A stretch of DNA of 64,000 nucleotides, from the NCBI GenBank assembly GCA_009914755.4, contig CP086569.2:27584001-27648000 (forward strand), in the 5' to 3' direction. Shown piece by piece: positions 39,282-54,300 of this stretch. The position numbers and the translations under genes were made by a program. The DNA is from the human T2T-CHM13v2.0 reference genome, Homo sapiens. The notes under the pieces were generated by a model. It was not told the origin of the DNA. It saw only the letters and a program-made list of their open reading frames with translations, and did no database searches. Position 1 is the first letter of the stretch. Every line of letters begins with the position of its first letter.

Positions 39282-41980
39282 CTACTGACTTCGAAGAAAA
39301 TGAAATGAAATGCGGTGAAGTGGAGTGGAGTGGAATGTATTAGGGTGGAATGGAATTGAATGGTGTGGAGTGGAGTGGAGTGCCCAGGAGTGGAATGGGA
39401 AGAAATGGAATTGAACGGAGTGGAGTGGAGTGGAATGGAGGGTAATGGAGTGGAATGGAGTGGAGTGGAGTAGAGTGGAATGGGTTGGAGTGGAATGCAG
39501 AGGACAGGAGTGGAGTGTGGTGGACTGGAGTGGAGTGGAGTTGAGTGGAGTGGATTGGATTGAAATAGAGCGGAGCAGAGTGGAATGGAATTGAATCACA
39601 TGGTACTGAATCAAATCGAATGGAATTAAATCGAATGAAAAAACGGAATCAAAAGCAAACGAATGGAGTCAAACCACATTGGTTAGACTGACATCGAATA
39701 ATATCAAAAGAAATGTGGTGAAGTGGAGTGGAGTGTAATGAAATGGGGTGGAATGAAATTGAATGGAGTGGAGTGGAGTGGAGTCTACTGGAGTGGAATG
39801 GAATGGAATGGAAAGGAATGGAATAGAATGGAGTGAAGGGCAGTGCAGTGAAATGGAGTGGAAAGGAATGGAATGGAAAGAATTGAATCAAATGGAATCG
39901 AAGTGAATCGAATCTAATGAAATTGAACGCAAAAAATGGAATGAGTAGAATCGAAAAAGATGGATTCAAATGGCAACAAATAAAATTGAATGGAATGCGG
40001 TGAGGTGGAGGGGATTGGAATGGAGTTGAATGGAATGGGGTGTAATTGAATTGAATGGAGTGGAGTGGAGTGAACTGGAGTGGAATGGAATGGAATGGGC
40101 AGGCATGGAATTGAAAGGCGTGGAGTGGAGTGGAATTGAGAGGAGTGGAATGGAGTAGGGTGGATTGTGGTGGAGAATATTGGAAAAGAGTGGAGTGGAA
40201 TGGAATGGAATGGAGTGGAGTGGAATGGAATGGAAAGGAATTGAGTGAAGTGGAGTGTAGTGGAATGGAGAGTAATGGAGTGGAGTGGACTGGAGTGGAG
40301 TAGATTGCAGTGCATTGGACTGTAGGGGATAGAAGTGGCTTGGAGTCCATAGGAGTGGAGTGGAATGGAATGGAATGGAGTGGAATGGACTGGAACGGAA
40401 TGGAATGGAATGGATTTAAATGGCAGGGAATCAAATCGAATTGAATCATATTGAATCAAGTCGAATCTAGTGGAGGAAAGAAATCGAATGGAATCGAATG
40501 GAATGAATTGAATGGAGTTGAACATCAACCATGGAATCGAAAGTAATGTGGTAAAGTGGAGTGGAGTGTTATGGAGTGGAATGGAAGGGGGTGACATGGA
40601 ATTGAATACAGTGGAGAGGAGTGGAGTGGATTGGGCTAGAGTGGAACGGAAAGGGAAGGAATGGAACTGAATGGAGTGGAGTGGAATGGAGTGGAATGGA
40701 ATGGAATGGAATGGAATGGAATGGAATGGAATGGAACGGAATGGAGTGGAATGGAATCGAATGACATGGAACTGAATGAAACCGAATTGAATGAAATTGA
40801 ATGGAGAAAATGGAATCAAATGGAATCAAATCGAACGGATTCGAATGTCATTGAATGGAATCGAAAGGAATGCAGTGAGGTGGGGTTGAGTGGACTGGAG
40901 TGGAATGGAATGGGAAGGAATGGGATTGAAAGGAGTGGCGTGCAGTGGAGTGGAGTGGCATGGAGTGGAGTGGAGTGGAATGGAGTGGAATGGAATGGAG
41001 TGGAATGGAGTGTATTGGAATGGAATGGAGTGCAGAGGAATGGAATGGAATGGTATAGAGTGGACAGGATTGGAGTGGAGCGGATTGGAATGGAATGGAA
41101 TGGAATGGAATGGAACTGAATGGACTGGAATGGAATGGAATAGAATGGAATCACAGGGAATCAAATTGGATTGAATCGAATCGAATGGAAAAAATGAAAT
41201 CAAATGAAATTGAATGGAATCGAAATGAATGTAAACAATGGAATCCAATGGAATCCAATGGAATCGAATCAAATGGTTTTGAATGGCGTAAAATGAAATC
41301 GCAAGGAAGGCAGTGAATTGGAGTGGAGTGGAATAGAGAGGAATGAATTGGAATGGAGTGGAGTGGAATGGAGTGGATTCCAGTGGAGTGGAGTGGATTG
41401 GATTTTAATGGAATGGAATAGACTGGATTGGAGTGGTGTAGAGTGCAGTGGATTGGAGTGGAGAGGAATGGAGTGGAGTGAAGTCGAGTTGAGTGGAATG
41501 GAATGGAGTGGAGCAGAGTGGAATGCAAAAGAATGAAGTGGATTGGTGTGGAATGGAATGGCGTGGAATGGAGTGGAATAGAATGGAATGGAATCGCATG
41601 GAAGGATATCAAATCAAATGGAATCGAACGAAAATTATGAATCCAATGGAATCAAAAGGATTCCAAAGGAAAGGATTCGAAAGGCCTTTAATGGAATGGA
41701 AAGGTATACAGTGAATTGGAGTGCAGTGGAGTGGATTGTTTTAGAGTGAAATGGGGTGGATTGGAACACTATGTGATGGAGTGGAGTGTAGTGGATCGGA
41801 GTGGAGTGCCGTGGAGTGGACTAGAGTGGGGTGGAGTGGAGTGCATTGGAGTGGAATGGAGTGGAGTGGGGTGGAATGGAATGGAATGGCATCAAATCGC
41901 ATGGTAATGAATCAAATGGAATCAAATGGAATGAAATAATGGAATCGAAGGCAAACGAATGGAATCGAATTGCACTGATT
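39282..41980. repeat. HOR unit B3 (2,699 bp): alpha-type head and beta-type tail, with a ~432-bp internal deletion
   Basis: Alpha marker 'gggcaggcatgg' at ~40097. Beta markers 'gtgtattgg' at ~41005 and the long aatgg run at ~41081. At ~40883 to 40890 ('gttgagtgga|ctggagtggaatggaatgggaagg') the sequence jumps ~432 bp relative to a full unit (compare 37765 to 38197 in B2). Confidence 0.8.
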
Positions 41981-44900
41981 CTACTGACTTCGAAGAAAAT
42001 GAAATGAAATGCGGTGAAGTGGAGTGGAGTGGAATGTATTAGGGTGGAATGGAATTGAATGGTGTGGAGTGGAGTGGAGTGCCCAGGAGTGGAATGGGAA
42101 GAAATGGAATTGAACGGAGTGGAGTGGAGTGGAATGGAGGGTAATGGAGTGGAATGGAGTGGAGTGGAGTAGAGTGGAATGGGTTGGAGTGGAATGCAGA
42201 GGACAGGAGTGGAGTGTGGTGGACTGGAGTGGAGTGGAGTTGAGTGGAGTGGATTGGATTGAAATAGAGCGGAGCAGAGTGGAATGGAATTGAATCACAT
42301 GGTACTGAATCAAATCGAATGGAATTAAATCGAATGAAAAAACGGAATCAAAAGCAAACGAATGGAGTCAAACCACATTGGTTAGACTGACATCGAATAA
42401 TATCAAAAGAAATGTGGTGAAGTGGAGTGGAGTGTAATGAAATGGGGTGGAATGAAATTGAATGGAGTGGAGTGGAGTGGAGTCTACTGGAGTGGAATGG
42501 AATGGAATGGAAAGGAATGGAATAGAATGGAGTGAAGGGCAGTGCAGTGAAATGGAGTGGAAAGGAATGGAATGGAAAGAATTGAATCAAATGGAATCGA
42601 AGTGAATCGAATCTAATGAAATTGAACGCAAAAAATGGAATGAGTAGAATCGAAAAAGATGGATTCAAATGGCAACAAATAAAATTGAATGGAATGCGGT
42701 GAGGTGGAGGGGATTGGAATGGAGTTGAATGGAATGGGGTGTAATTGAATTGAATGGAGTGGAGTGGAGTGAACTGGAGTGGAATGGAATGGAATGGGCA
42801 GGCATGGAATTGAAAGGCGTGGAGTGGAGTGGAATTGAGAGGAGTGGAATGGAGTAGGGTGGATTGTGGTGGAGAATATTGGAAAAGAGTGGAGTGGAAT
42901 GGAATGGAATGGAGTGGAGTGGAATGGAATGGAAAGGAATTGAGTGAAGTGGAGTGTAGTGGAATGGAGAGTAATGGAGTGGAGTGGACTGGAGTGGAGT
43001 AGATTGCAGTGCATTGGACTGTAGGGGATAGAAGTGGCTTGGAGTCCATAGGAGTGGAGTGGAATGGAATGGAATGGAGTGGAATGGACTGGAACGGAAT
43101 GGAATGGAATGGATTTAAATGGCAGGGAATCAAATCGAATTGAATCATATTGAATCAAGTCGAATCTAGTGGAGGAAAGAAATCGAATGGAATCGAATGG
43201 AATGAATTGAATGGAGTTGAACATCAACCATGGAATCGAAAGTAATGTGGTAAAGTGGAGTGGAGTGTTATGGAGTGGAATGGAAGGGGGTGACATGGAA
43301 TTGAATACAGTGGAGAGGAGTGGAGTGGATTGGGCTAGAGTGGAACGGAAAGGGAAGGAATGGAACTGAATGGAGTGGAGTGGAATGGAGCGGAATGGAA
43401 TGGAATGGAATGGAATGGAATGGAATGGAATGGAATGGAATGGAACGGAATGGAGTGGAATGGAATCGAATGACATGGAACTGAATGAAACCGAATTGAA
43501 TGAAATTGAATGGAGAAAATGGAATCAAATGGAATCAAATCGAACGGATTCGAATGTCATTGAATGGAATCGAAAGGAATGCAGTGAGGTGGGGTTGAGT
43601 GGAATGGAGTGGAATGGAATGGGATGAGTGGAATTGAATGGAGTGGAGTGGAATGGAATGGAATGGAAAGGAATGGAATTGAACAAAATGGAGTGTAATA
43701 GAATGGAGTGGATTGGAGTGGAGTGCAGGGGAGTGCAGTGGAATGAAGAGGAGTGTAGTTGAATGGAATGGGATGTATGGAATGTACTGGAATAGAATGG
43801 ATAAGAATGGAATGGAATGGAATCGCATGGAATTGAATAGAATCAAATCGAATTGAATAGAATCTAATGGAAAAAATGGAGTCAAATGGAATCGAATGGC
43901 ATAGAATCGAACGGTTTTGAATGGCAGTGAAGGGAAACGAATGGAATGCGATGAAGTGGAGCGCAGTGGAGTGGAAAGGAGTGCAATGGAATAGGGTGGA
44001 ACTGAATTTAATGGAACAGAGTGGATTGGAGTGGACTGGAGTGGAATGGAATGGGAAGGAATGGGATTGAAAGGAGTGGCGTGCAGTGGAGTGGAGTGGC
44101 ATGGAGTGGAGTGGAGTGGAATGGAGTGGAATGGAATGGAGTGGAATGGAGTGGATTGGAATGGAATGGAGTGCAGAGGAATGGAATGGAATGGTATAGA
44201 GTGGACAGGAATGGAGTGGAGCGGATTGGAATGGAATGGAATGGAACTGAATGGACTGGAATGGAATGGAATAGAATGGAATCACAGGGAATCAAATTGG
44301 ATTGAATCGAATCGAATGGAAAAAATGAAATCAAATGAAATTGAATGGAATCGAAATGAATGTAAACAATGGAATCCAATGGAATCCAATGGAATCGAAT
44401 CAAATGGTTTTGAATGGCGTAAAATGAGATCGCAAGGAAGGCAGTGAATTGGAGTGGAGTGGAATAGAGAGGAATGAATTGGAATGGAGTGGAGTGGAAT
44501 GGAGTGGATTCCAGTGGAGTGGAGTGGATTGGATTTTAATGGAATGGAATAGACTGGATTGGAGTGGTGTAGAGTGCAGTGGATTGGAGTGGAGAGGAAT
44601 GGAGTGGAGTGAAGTCGAGTTGAGTGGAATGGAATGGAGTGGAGCAGAGTGGAATGCAAAAGAATGAAGTGGATTGGTGTGGAATGGAATGGCGTGGAAT
44701 GGAGTGGAATAGAATGGAATGGAATCGCATGGAAGGATATCAAATCAAATGGAATCGAAGGAAAATTATGAATCCAATGGAATCGAAAAGATTCCAAAGG
44801 AACGGATTCGAAAGGCCTTTAATGGAATGGAAAGGTATGCAGTGAAGTGGAGTGGAGTGGAGTGGATTGTTTTAGAGTGAAATGGGGTGGATTGGAACAC

Positions 44901-45111
44901 TATGTGGTGGAGTGGAGTGTAGTGGATCGGAGTGGAGTGCCGTGGAGTGGACTAGAGTGGGGTGGAGTGGAGTGCATTGGAGTGGAATGGAGTGGAGTGG
45001 GGTGGAATGGAATGGAATGGCATCAAATCGCATGGTAATGAATCAAATGGAATCAAATGGAATGAAATAATGGAATCGAAGGCAAACGAATGGAATCGAA
45101 TTGCACTGATT
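41981..45111. repeat. HOR unit B4 (3,131 bp), alpha
   Basis: cagg at ~42797. Short aatgg run at ~44221. Confidence 0.85.
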
Positions 45112-48100
45112 CTACTGACTTCGAAGAAAATGAAATGAAATGCGGTGAAGTGGAGTGGAGTGGAATGTATTAGGGTGGAATGGAATTGAATGGTGTGGAG
45201 TGGAGTGGAGTGCCCAGGAGTGGAATGGGAAGAAATGGAATTGAACGGAGTGGAGTGGAGTGGAATGGAGGGTAATGGAGTGGAATGGAGTGGAGTGGAG
45301 TAGAGTGGAATGGGTTGGAGTGGAATGCAGAGGACAGGAGTGGAGTGTGGTGGACTGGAGTGGAGTGGAGTTGAGTGGAGTGGATTGGATTGAAATAGAG
45401 CGGAGCAGAGTGGAATGGAATTGAATCACATGGTACTGAATCAAATCGAATGGAATTAAATCGAATGAAAAAACGGAATCAAAAGCAAACGAATGGAGTC
45501 AAACCACATTGGTTAGACTGACATCGAATAATATCAAAAGAAATGTGGTGAAGTGGAGTGGAGTGTAATGAAATGGGGTGGAATGAAATTGAATGGAATG
45601 GAGTGGAGTGGAGTCTACTGGAGTGGAATGGAATGGAATGGAAAGGAATGGAATAGAATGGAGTGAAGGGCAGTGCAGTGAAATGGAGTGGAAAGGAATG
45701 GAATGGAAAGAATTGAATCAAATGGAATCGAAGTGAATCGAATCTAATGAAATTGAACGCAAAAAATGGAATGAGTAGAATCGAAAAAGATGGATTCAAA
45801 TGGCAACAAATAAAATTGAATGGAATGCGGTGAGGTGGAGGGGATTGGAATGGAGTTGAATGGAATGGGGTGTAATTGAATTGAATGGAGTGGAGTGGAG
45901 TGAACTGGAGTGGAATGGAATGGAATGGGCCGGCATGGAATTGAAAGGCGTGGAATGGAGTGGAGTTGAGATGAGTGGAATGGAGTAGGGTGGATTGTGG
46001 TGGAGAATATTGGAAAAGAGTGGAGTGGAATGGAATGGAATGGAGTGGAGTGGAATGGAATGGAATGGAATTGAGTGAAGTGGAGTGTAGTGGAATGGAG
46101 AGTAATGGAGTGGAGTGGACTGGAGTGGAGTAGATTGCAGTGCATTGGACTGTAGGGGATAGAAGTGGCTTGGAGTCCATAGGAGTGGAGTGGAATGGAA
46201 TGGAATGGAGTGGAATGGACTGGAACGGAATGGAATGGAATGGATTTAAATGGCAGGGAATCAAATCGAATTGAATCATATTGAATCAAGTCGAATCGAG
46301 TGGAGGAAAGAAATCGAATGAAATCGAATGGAATGAATTGAATGGAGTCGAATATCAACCATGGAATCGAAAGTAATGTGGTAAAGTGGAGTGGAGTGTT
46401 ATGGAGTGGAATGGAAGGGGGTGACATGGAATTGAATACAGTGGAGAGGAGTGGAGTGGATTGGGCTAGAGTGGAAAGGAAAGGGAAAGAATGAAACTGA
46501 ATGGAGTGGAGTGGAATGGAGTGGAATGGAATGGAATGGAATGGAATGGAATGGAATGGAATGGAACGGAATGGAGTGGAATGGAATCGAATCACATGGA
46601 ACTGAATGAAACCGAATTGAATGAAATTGAATGGAGAAAATGGAATCAAATGGAATCAAATCGAACGGATTCGAATGTCATTGAATGGAATCGAAAGGAA
46701 TGCAGTGAGGTGGGGTTGAGTGGAATGGAGTGGAATGGAATGGGATGAATGGAATTGAATGGAGTGGAGTGGAATGGAATCATATGGAAAGGAATGGAAT
46801 TGAACAAAATGGAGTGTAGTAGAATGGAGTGGATTGGAGTGGAGTGCAGGGGAGTGCAGTGGAATGAAGAGGAGTGTAGTTGAATGGAATGGAATGTATG
46901 GAATGTACTGGAATAGAATGGATAAGAATGGAATGGAATGGAATCGCATGGAATTGAATAGAATCAAATCGAATTGAATAGAATCAAATGGAAAAAATGG
47001 AGTCAAATGGAATCGAATGGCATAGAATCGAACGGTTTTGAATGTCAGTGAATGGAAACGAATGGAATGCGATGAAGTGGAGCGCAGTGGAGTGGAAAGG
47101 AGTGCAATGGAATAGGGTGGAACTGAATTTAATGGAACAGAGTGGATTGGAGTGGACTGGAGTGGAATGGAATGGGAAGGAATGGGATTGAAAGGAGTGG
47201 CGTGCAGTGGAGTGGAGTGGCATGGAGTGGAGTGGAGTGGAATGGAGTGGAATGGAATGGAGTGGAATGGAGTGTATTGGAATGGAATGGAGTGCAGAGG
47301 AATGGAATGGAATGGTATAGAGTGGACAGGATTGGAGTGGAGCGGATTGGAATGGAATGGAATGGAATGGAATGGAACTGAATGGACTGGAATGGAATGG
47401 AATAGAATGGAATCACAGGGAATCAAATTGGATTGAATCGAATCGAATGGAAAAAATGAAATCAAATGAAATTGAATGGAATCGAAATGAATGTAAACAA
47501 TGGAATCCAATGGAATCCAATGGAATCGAATCAAATGGTTTTGAATGGCGTAAAATGAAATCGCAAGGAAGGCAGTGAATTGGAGTGGAGTGGAATAGAG
47601 AGGAATGAATTGGAATGGAGTGGAGTGGAATGGAGTGGATTCCAGTGGAGTGGAGTGGATTGGATTTTAATGGAATGGAATAGACTGGATTGGAGTGGTG
47701 TAGAGTGCAGTGGATTGGAGTGGAGAGGAATGGAGTGGAGTGAAGTCGAGTTGAGTGGAATGGAATGGAGTGGAGCAGAGTGGAATGCAAAAGAATGAAG
47801 TGGATTGGTGTGGAATGGAATGGCGTGGAATGGAGTGGAATAGAATGGAATGGAATCGCATGGAAGGATATCAAATCAAATGGAATCGAACGAAAATTAT
47901 GAATCCAATGGAATCAAAAGGATTCCAAAGGAAAGGATTCGAAAGGCCTTTAATGGAATGGAAAGGTATACAGTGAAGTGGAGTGCAGTGGAGTGGATTG
48001 TTTTAGAGTGAAATGGGGTGGATTGGAACACTATGTGATGGAGTGGAGTGTAGTGGATCGGAGTGGAGTGCCGTGGAGTGGACTAGAGTGGGGTGGAGTG

Positions 48101-48242
48101 GAGTGCATTGGAGTGGAATGGAGTGGAGTGGGGTGGAATGGAATGGAATGGCATCAAATCGCATGGTAATGAATCAAATGGAATCAAATGGAATGAAATA
48201 ATGGAATCGAAGGCAAACGAATGGAATCGAATTGCACTGATT
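45112..48242. repeat. HOR unit B5 (3,131 bp), beta
   Basis: ccgg at ~45929. Long aatgg run at ~47341. Private 'ggaatcatatggaaagg' at ~46790. Confidence 0.85.
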
Positions 48243-51200
48243 CTACTGACTTCGAAGAAAATGAAATGAAATGCGGTGAAGTGGAGTGGAGTGGAATGTA
48301 TTAGGGTGGAATGGAATTGAATGGTGTGGAGTGGAGTGGAGTGCCCAGGAGTGGAATGGGAAGAAATGGAATTGAACGGAGTGGAGTGGAGTGGAATGGA
48401 GGGTAATGGAGTGGAATGGAGTGGAGTGGAGTAGAGTGGAATGGGTTGGAGTGGAATGCAGAGGACAGGAGTGGAGTGTGGTGGACTGGAGTGGAGTGGA
48501 GTTGAGTGGAGTGGATTGGATTGAAATAGAGCGGAGCAGAGTGGAATGGAATTGAATCACATGGTACTGAATCAAATCGAATGGAATTAAATCGAATGAA
48601 AAAACGGAATCAAAAGCAAACGAATGGAGTCAAACCACATTGGTTAGACTGACATCGAATAATATCAAAAGAAATGTGGTGAAGTGGAGTGGAGTGTAAT
48701 GAAATGGGGTGGAATGAAATTGAATGGAGTGGAGTGGAGTGGAGTCTACTGGAGTGGAATGGAATGGAATGGAAAGGAATGGAATAGAATGGAGTGAAGG
48801 GCAGTGCAGTGAAATGGAGTGGAAAGGAATGGAATGGAAAGAATTGAATCAAATGGAATCGAAGTGAATCGAATCTAATGAAATTGAACGCAAAAAATGG
48901 AATGAGTAGAATCGAAAAAGATGGATTCAAATGGCAACAAATAAAATTGAATGGAATGCGGTGAGGTGGAGGGGATTGGAATGGAGTTGAATGGAATGGG
49001 GTGTAATTGAATTGAATGGAGTGGAGTGGAGTGAACTGGAGTGGAATGGAATGGAATGGGCAGGCATGGAATTGAAAGGCGTGGAGTGGAGTGGAATTGA
49101 GAGGAGTGGAATGGAGTAGGGTGGATTGTGGTGGAGAATATTGGAAAAGAGTGGAGTGGAATGGAATGGAATGGAGTGGAGTGGAATGGAATGGAAAGGA
49201 ATTGAGTGAAGTGGAGTGTAGTGGAATGGAGAGTAATGGAGTGGAGTGGACTGGAGTGGAGTAGATTGCAGTGCATTGGACTGTAGGGGATAGAAGTGGC
49301 TTGGAGTCCATAGGAGTGGAGTGGAATAGAATGGAATGGAGTGGAATGGACTGGAACGGAATGGAATGGAATGGATTTAAATGGCAGGGAATCAAATCGA
49401 ATTGAATCATATTGAATCAAGTCGAATCGAGTGGAGGAAAGAAATCGAATGAAATCGAATGGAATGAATTGAATGGAGTCGAACATCAACCATGGAATCG
49501 AAAGTAATGTGGTAAAGTGGAGTGGAGTGTTATGGAGTGGAATGGAAGGGGGTGACATGGAATTGAATACAATGGAGAGGAGTGGAGTGGATTGGGCTAG
49601 AGTGGAACGGAAAGGGAAGGAATGGAACTGAATGGAGTGGAGTGGAATGGAGCGGAATGGAATGGAATGGAATGGAATGGAATGGAATGGAATGGAACGG
49701 AATGGAGTGGAATGGAATCGAATGACATGGAACTGAATGAAACCGAATTGAATGAAATTGAATGGAGAAAATGGAATCAAATGGAATCAAATCGAACGGA
49801 TTCGAATGTCATTGAATGGAATCGAAAGGAATGCAGTGAGGTGGGGTTGAGTGGAATGGAGTGGAATGGAATGGGATGAGTGGAATTGAATGGAGTGGAG
49901 TGGAATGGAATGGAATGGAAAGGAATGGAATTGAACAAAATGGAGTGTAATAGAATGGAGTGGATTGGAGTGGAGTGCAGGGGAGTGCAGTGGAATGAAG
50001 AGGAGTGTAGTTGAATGGAATGGGATGTATGGAATGTACTGGAATAGAATGGATAAGAATGGAATGGAATGGAATCGCATGGAATTGAATAGAATCAAAT
50101 CGAATTGAATAGAATCTAATGGAAAAAATGGAGTCAAATGGAATCGAATGGCATAGAATCGAACGGTTTTGAATGGCAGTGAAGGGAAACGAATGGAATG
50201 CGATGAAGTGGAGCGCAGTGGAGTGGAAAGGAGTGCAATGGAATAGGGTGGAACTGAATTTAATGGAACAGAGTGGATTGGAGTGGACTGGAGTGGAATG
50301 GAATGGGAAGGAATGGGATTGAAAGGAGTGGCGTGCAGTGGAGTGGAGTGGCATGGAGTGGAGTGGAGTGGAATGGAGTGGAATGGAATGGAGTGGAATG
50401 GAGTGGATTGGAATGGAATGGAGTGCAGAGGAATGGAATGGAATGGTAGAGAGTGGACAGGAATGGAGTGGAGCGGATTGGAATGGAATGGAATGGAACT
50501 GAATGGACTGGAATGGAATGGAATAGAATGGAATCACAGGGAATCAAATTGGATTGAATCGAATCGAATGGAAAAAATGAAATCAAATGAAATTGAATGG
50601 AATCGAAATGAATGTAAACAATGGAATCCAATGGAATCCAATGGAATCGAATCAAATGGTTTTGAATGGCGTAAAATGAGATCGCAAGGAAGGCAGTGAA
50701 TTGGAGTGGAGTGGAATAGAGAGGAATGAATTGGAATGGAGTGGAGTGGAATGGAGTGGATTCCAGTGGAGTGGAGTGGATTGGATTTTAATGGAATGGA
50801 ATAGACTGGATTGGAGTGGTGTAGAGTGCAGTGGATTGGAGTGGAGAGGAATGGAGTGGAGTGAAGTCGAGTTGAGTGGAATGGAATGGAGTGGAGCAGA
50901 GTGGAATGCAAAAGAATGAAGTGGATTGGTGTGGAATGGAATGGCGTGGAATGGAGTGGAATAGAATGGAATGGAATCGCATGGAAGGATATCAAATCAA
51001 ATGGAATCGAAGGAAAATTATGAATCCAATGGAATCGAAAAGATTCCAAAGGAACGGATTCGAAAGGCCTTTAATGGAATGGAAAGGTATGCAGTGAAGT
51101 GGAGTGGAGTGGAGTGGATTGTTTTAGAGTGAAATGGGGTGGATTGGAACACTATGTGGTGGAGTGGAGTGTAGTGGATCGGAGTGGAGTGCCGTGGAGT

Positions 51201-51363
51201 GGACTAGAGTGGGGTGGAGTGGAGTGCATTGGAGTGGAATGGAGTGGAGTGGGGTGGAATGGAATGGAATGGCATCAAATCGCATGGTAATGAATCAAAT
51301 GGAATCAAATGGAATGAAATAATGGAATCGAAGGCAAACGAATGGAATCGAATTGCACTGATT
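48243..51363. repeat. HOR unit B6 (3,121 bp), alpha
   Basis: cagg at ~49062. Short run at ~50465. Private 'gagtggaatagaatggaatggagtgg' at ~49321. Confidence 0.85.
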
Positions 51364-54300
51364 CTACTGACTTCGAAGAAAATGAAATGAAATGCGGTGA
51401 AGTGGAGTGGAGTGGAATGTATTAGGGTGGAATGGAATTGAATGGTGTGGAGTGGAGTGGAGTGCCCAGGAGTGGAATGGGAAGAAATGGAATTGAACGG
51501 AGTGGAGTGGAGTGTAATGGAGGGTAATGGAGTGGAATGGAGTGGAGTGGAGTAGAGTGGAATGGGTTGGAGTGGAATGCAGAGGACAGGAGTGGAGTGT
51601 GGTGGACTGGAGTGGAGTGGAGTTGAGTGGAGTGGATTGGATTGAAATAGAGCGGAGCAGAGTGGAATGGAATTGAATCACATGGTACTGAATCAAATCG
51701 AATGGAATTAAATCGAATGAAAAAACGGAATCAAAAGCAAACGAATGGAGTCAAACCACATTGGTTAGACTGACATCGAATAATATCAAAAGAAATGTGG
51801 TGAAGTGGAGTGGAGTGTAATGAAATGGGGTGGAATGAAATTGAATGGAGTGGAGTGGAGTGGAGTCTACTGGAGTGGAATGGAATGGAATGGAAAGGAA
51901 TGGAATAGAATGGAGTGAAGGGCAGTGCAGTGAAATGGAGTGGAAAGGAATGGAATGGAAAGAATTGAATCAAATGGAATCGAAGTGAATCGAATCTAAT
52001 GAAATTGAACGCAAAAAATGGAATGAGTAGAATCGAAAAAGATGGATTCAAATGGCAACAAATAAAATTGAATGGAATGCGGTGAGGTGGAGGGGATTGG
52101 AATGGAGTTGAATGGAATGGGGTGTAATTGAATTGAATGGAGTGGAGTGGAGTGAACTGGAGTGGAATGGAATGGAATGGGCCGGCATGGAATTGAAAGG
52201 CGTGGAATGGAGTGGAGTTGAGATGAGTGGAATGGAGTAGGGTGGATTGTGGTGGAGAATATTGGAAAAGAGTGGAGTGGAATGGAATGGAATGGAGTGG
52301 AGTGGAATGGAATGGAATGGAATTGAGTGAAGTGGAGTGTAGTGGAATGGAGAGTAATGGAGTGGAGTGGACTGGAGTGGAGTAGATTGCAGTGCATTGG
52401 ACTGTAGGGGATAGAAGTGGCTTGGAGTCCATAGGAGTGGAGTGGAATGGAATGGAATGGAGTGGAATGGACTGGAACGGAATGGAATGGAATGGATTTA
52501 AATGGCAGGGAATCAAATCGAATTGAATCATATTGAATCAAGTCGAATCGAGTGGAGGAAAGAAATCGAATGAAATCGAATGGAATGAATTGAATGGAGT
52601 CGAATATCAACCATGGAATCGAAAGTAATGTGGTAAAGTGGAGTGGAGTGTTATGGAGTGGAATGGAATGGGGTGACATGGAATTGAATACAGTGGAGAG
52701 GAGTGGAGTGGATTGGGCTAGAGTGGAACGGAAAGGGAAGGAATGAAACTGAATGGAGTGGAGTGGAATGGAGTGGAATGGAATGGAATGGAATGGAATG
52801 GAATGGAATGGAATGGAATGGAATGGAACGGAATGGAGTGGAATGGAATCGAATCACATGGAACTGAATGAAACCGAATTGAATGAAATTGAAAGGAGAA
52901 AATGGAATCAAATGGAATCAAGTCGAACTGATTCGAATGTCATTGAATGGAATCGAAAGGAATGCAGTGAGGTGGGGTTGAGTGGAATGGAGTGGAATGG
53001 AATGGGATGAATGGAATTGAATGGAGTGGAGTGGAATGGAATGGAATGGAAAGGAATGGAATTGAACAAAATGGAGTGTAGTAGAATGGAGTGGATTGGA
53101 GTGGAGTGCAGGGGAGTGCAGTGGAATGAAGAGGAGTGTAGTTGAATGGAATGGAATGTATGGAATGTACTGGAATAGAATGGATAAGAATGGAATGGAA
53201 TGGAATCGCATGGAATTGAATAGAATCAAATCGAATTGAATAGAATCAAATGGAAAAAATGGAGTCAAATGGAATCGAATGGCATAGAATCGAACGGTTT
53301 TGAATGTCAGTGAATGGAAACGAATGGAATGCGATGAAGTGGAGCGCAGTGGAGTGGAAAGGAGTGCAATGGAATAGGGTGGAACTGAACTTAATGGAAC
53401 AGAGTGGATTGGAGTGGACTGGAGTGGAATGGAATGGGAAGGAATGGGATTGAAAGGAGTGGCGTGCAGTGGAGTGGAGTGGCATGGAGTGGAGTGGAGT
53501 GGAATGGAGTGGAATGGAATGGAGTGGAATGGAGTGTATTGGAATGGAATGGAGTGCAGAGGAATGGAATGGAATGGTATAGAGTGGACAGGATTGGAGT
53601 GGAGCGGATTGGAATGGAATGGAATGGAATGGAATGGAACTGAATGGACTGGAATGGAATGGAATAGAATGGAATCACAGGGAATCAAATTGGATTGAAT
53701 CGAATCGAATGGAAAAAATGAAATCAAATGAAATTGAATGGAATCGAAATGAATGTAAACAATGGAATCCAATGGAATCCAATGGAATCGAATCAAATGG
53801 TTTTGAATGGCGTAAAATGAAATCGCAAGGAAGGCAGTGAATTGGAGTGGAGTGGAATAGAGAGGAATGAATTGGAATGGAGTGGAGTGGAATGGAGTGG
53901 ATTCCAGTGGAGTGGAGTGGATTGGATTTTAATGGAATGGAATAGACTGGATTGGAGTGGTGTAGAGTGCAGTGGATTGGAGTGGAGAGGAATGGAGTGG
54001 AGTGAAGTCGAGTTGAGTGGAATGGAATGGAGTGGAGCAGAGTGGAATGCAAAAGAATGAAGTGGATTGGTGTGGAATGGAATGGCGTGGAATGGAGTGG
54101 AATAGAATGGAATGGAATCGCATGGAAGGATATCAAATCAAATGGAATCGAACGAAAATTATGAATCCAATGGAATCAAAAGGATTCCAAAGGAACGGAT
54201 TCGAAAGGCCTTTAATGGAATGGAAAGGTATGCAGTGAAGTGGAGTGGAGTGGAGTGGATTGTTTTAGAGTGAAATGGGGTGGATTGGAACAGTATGTGG

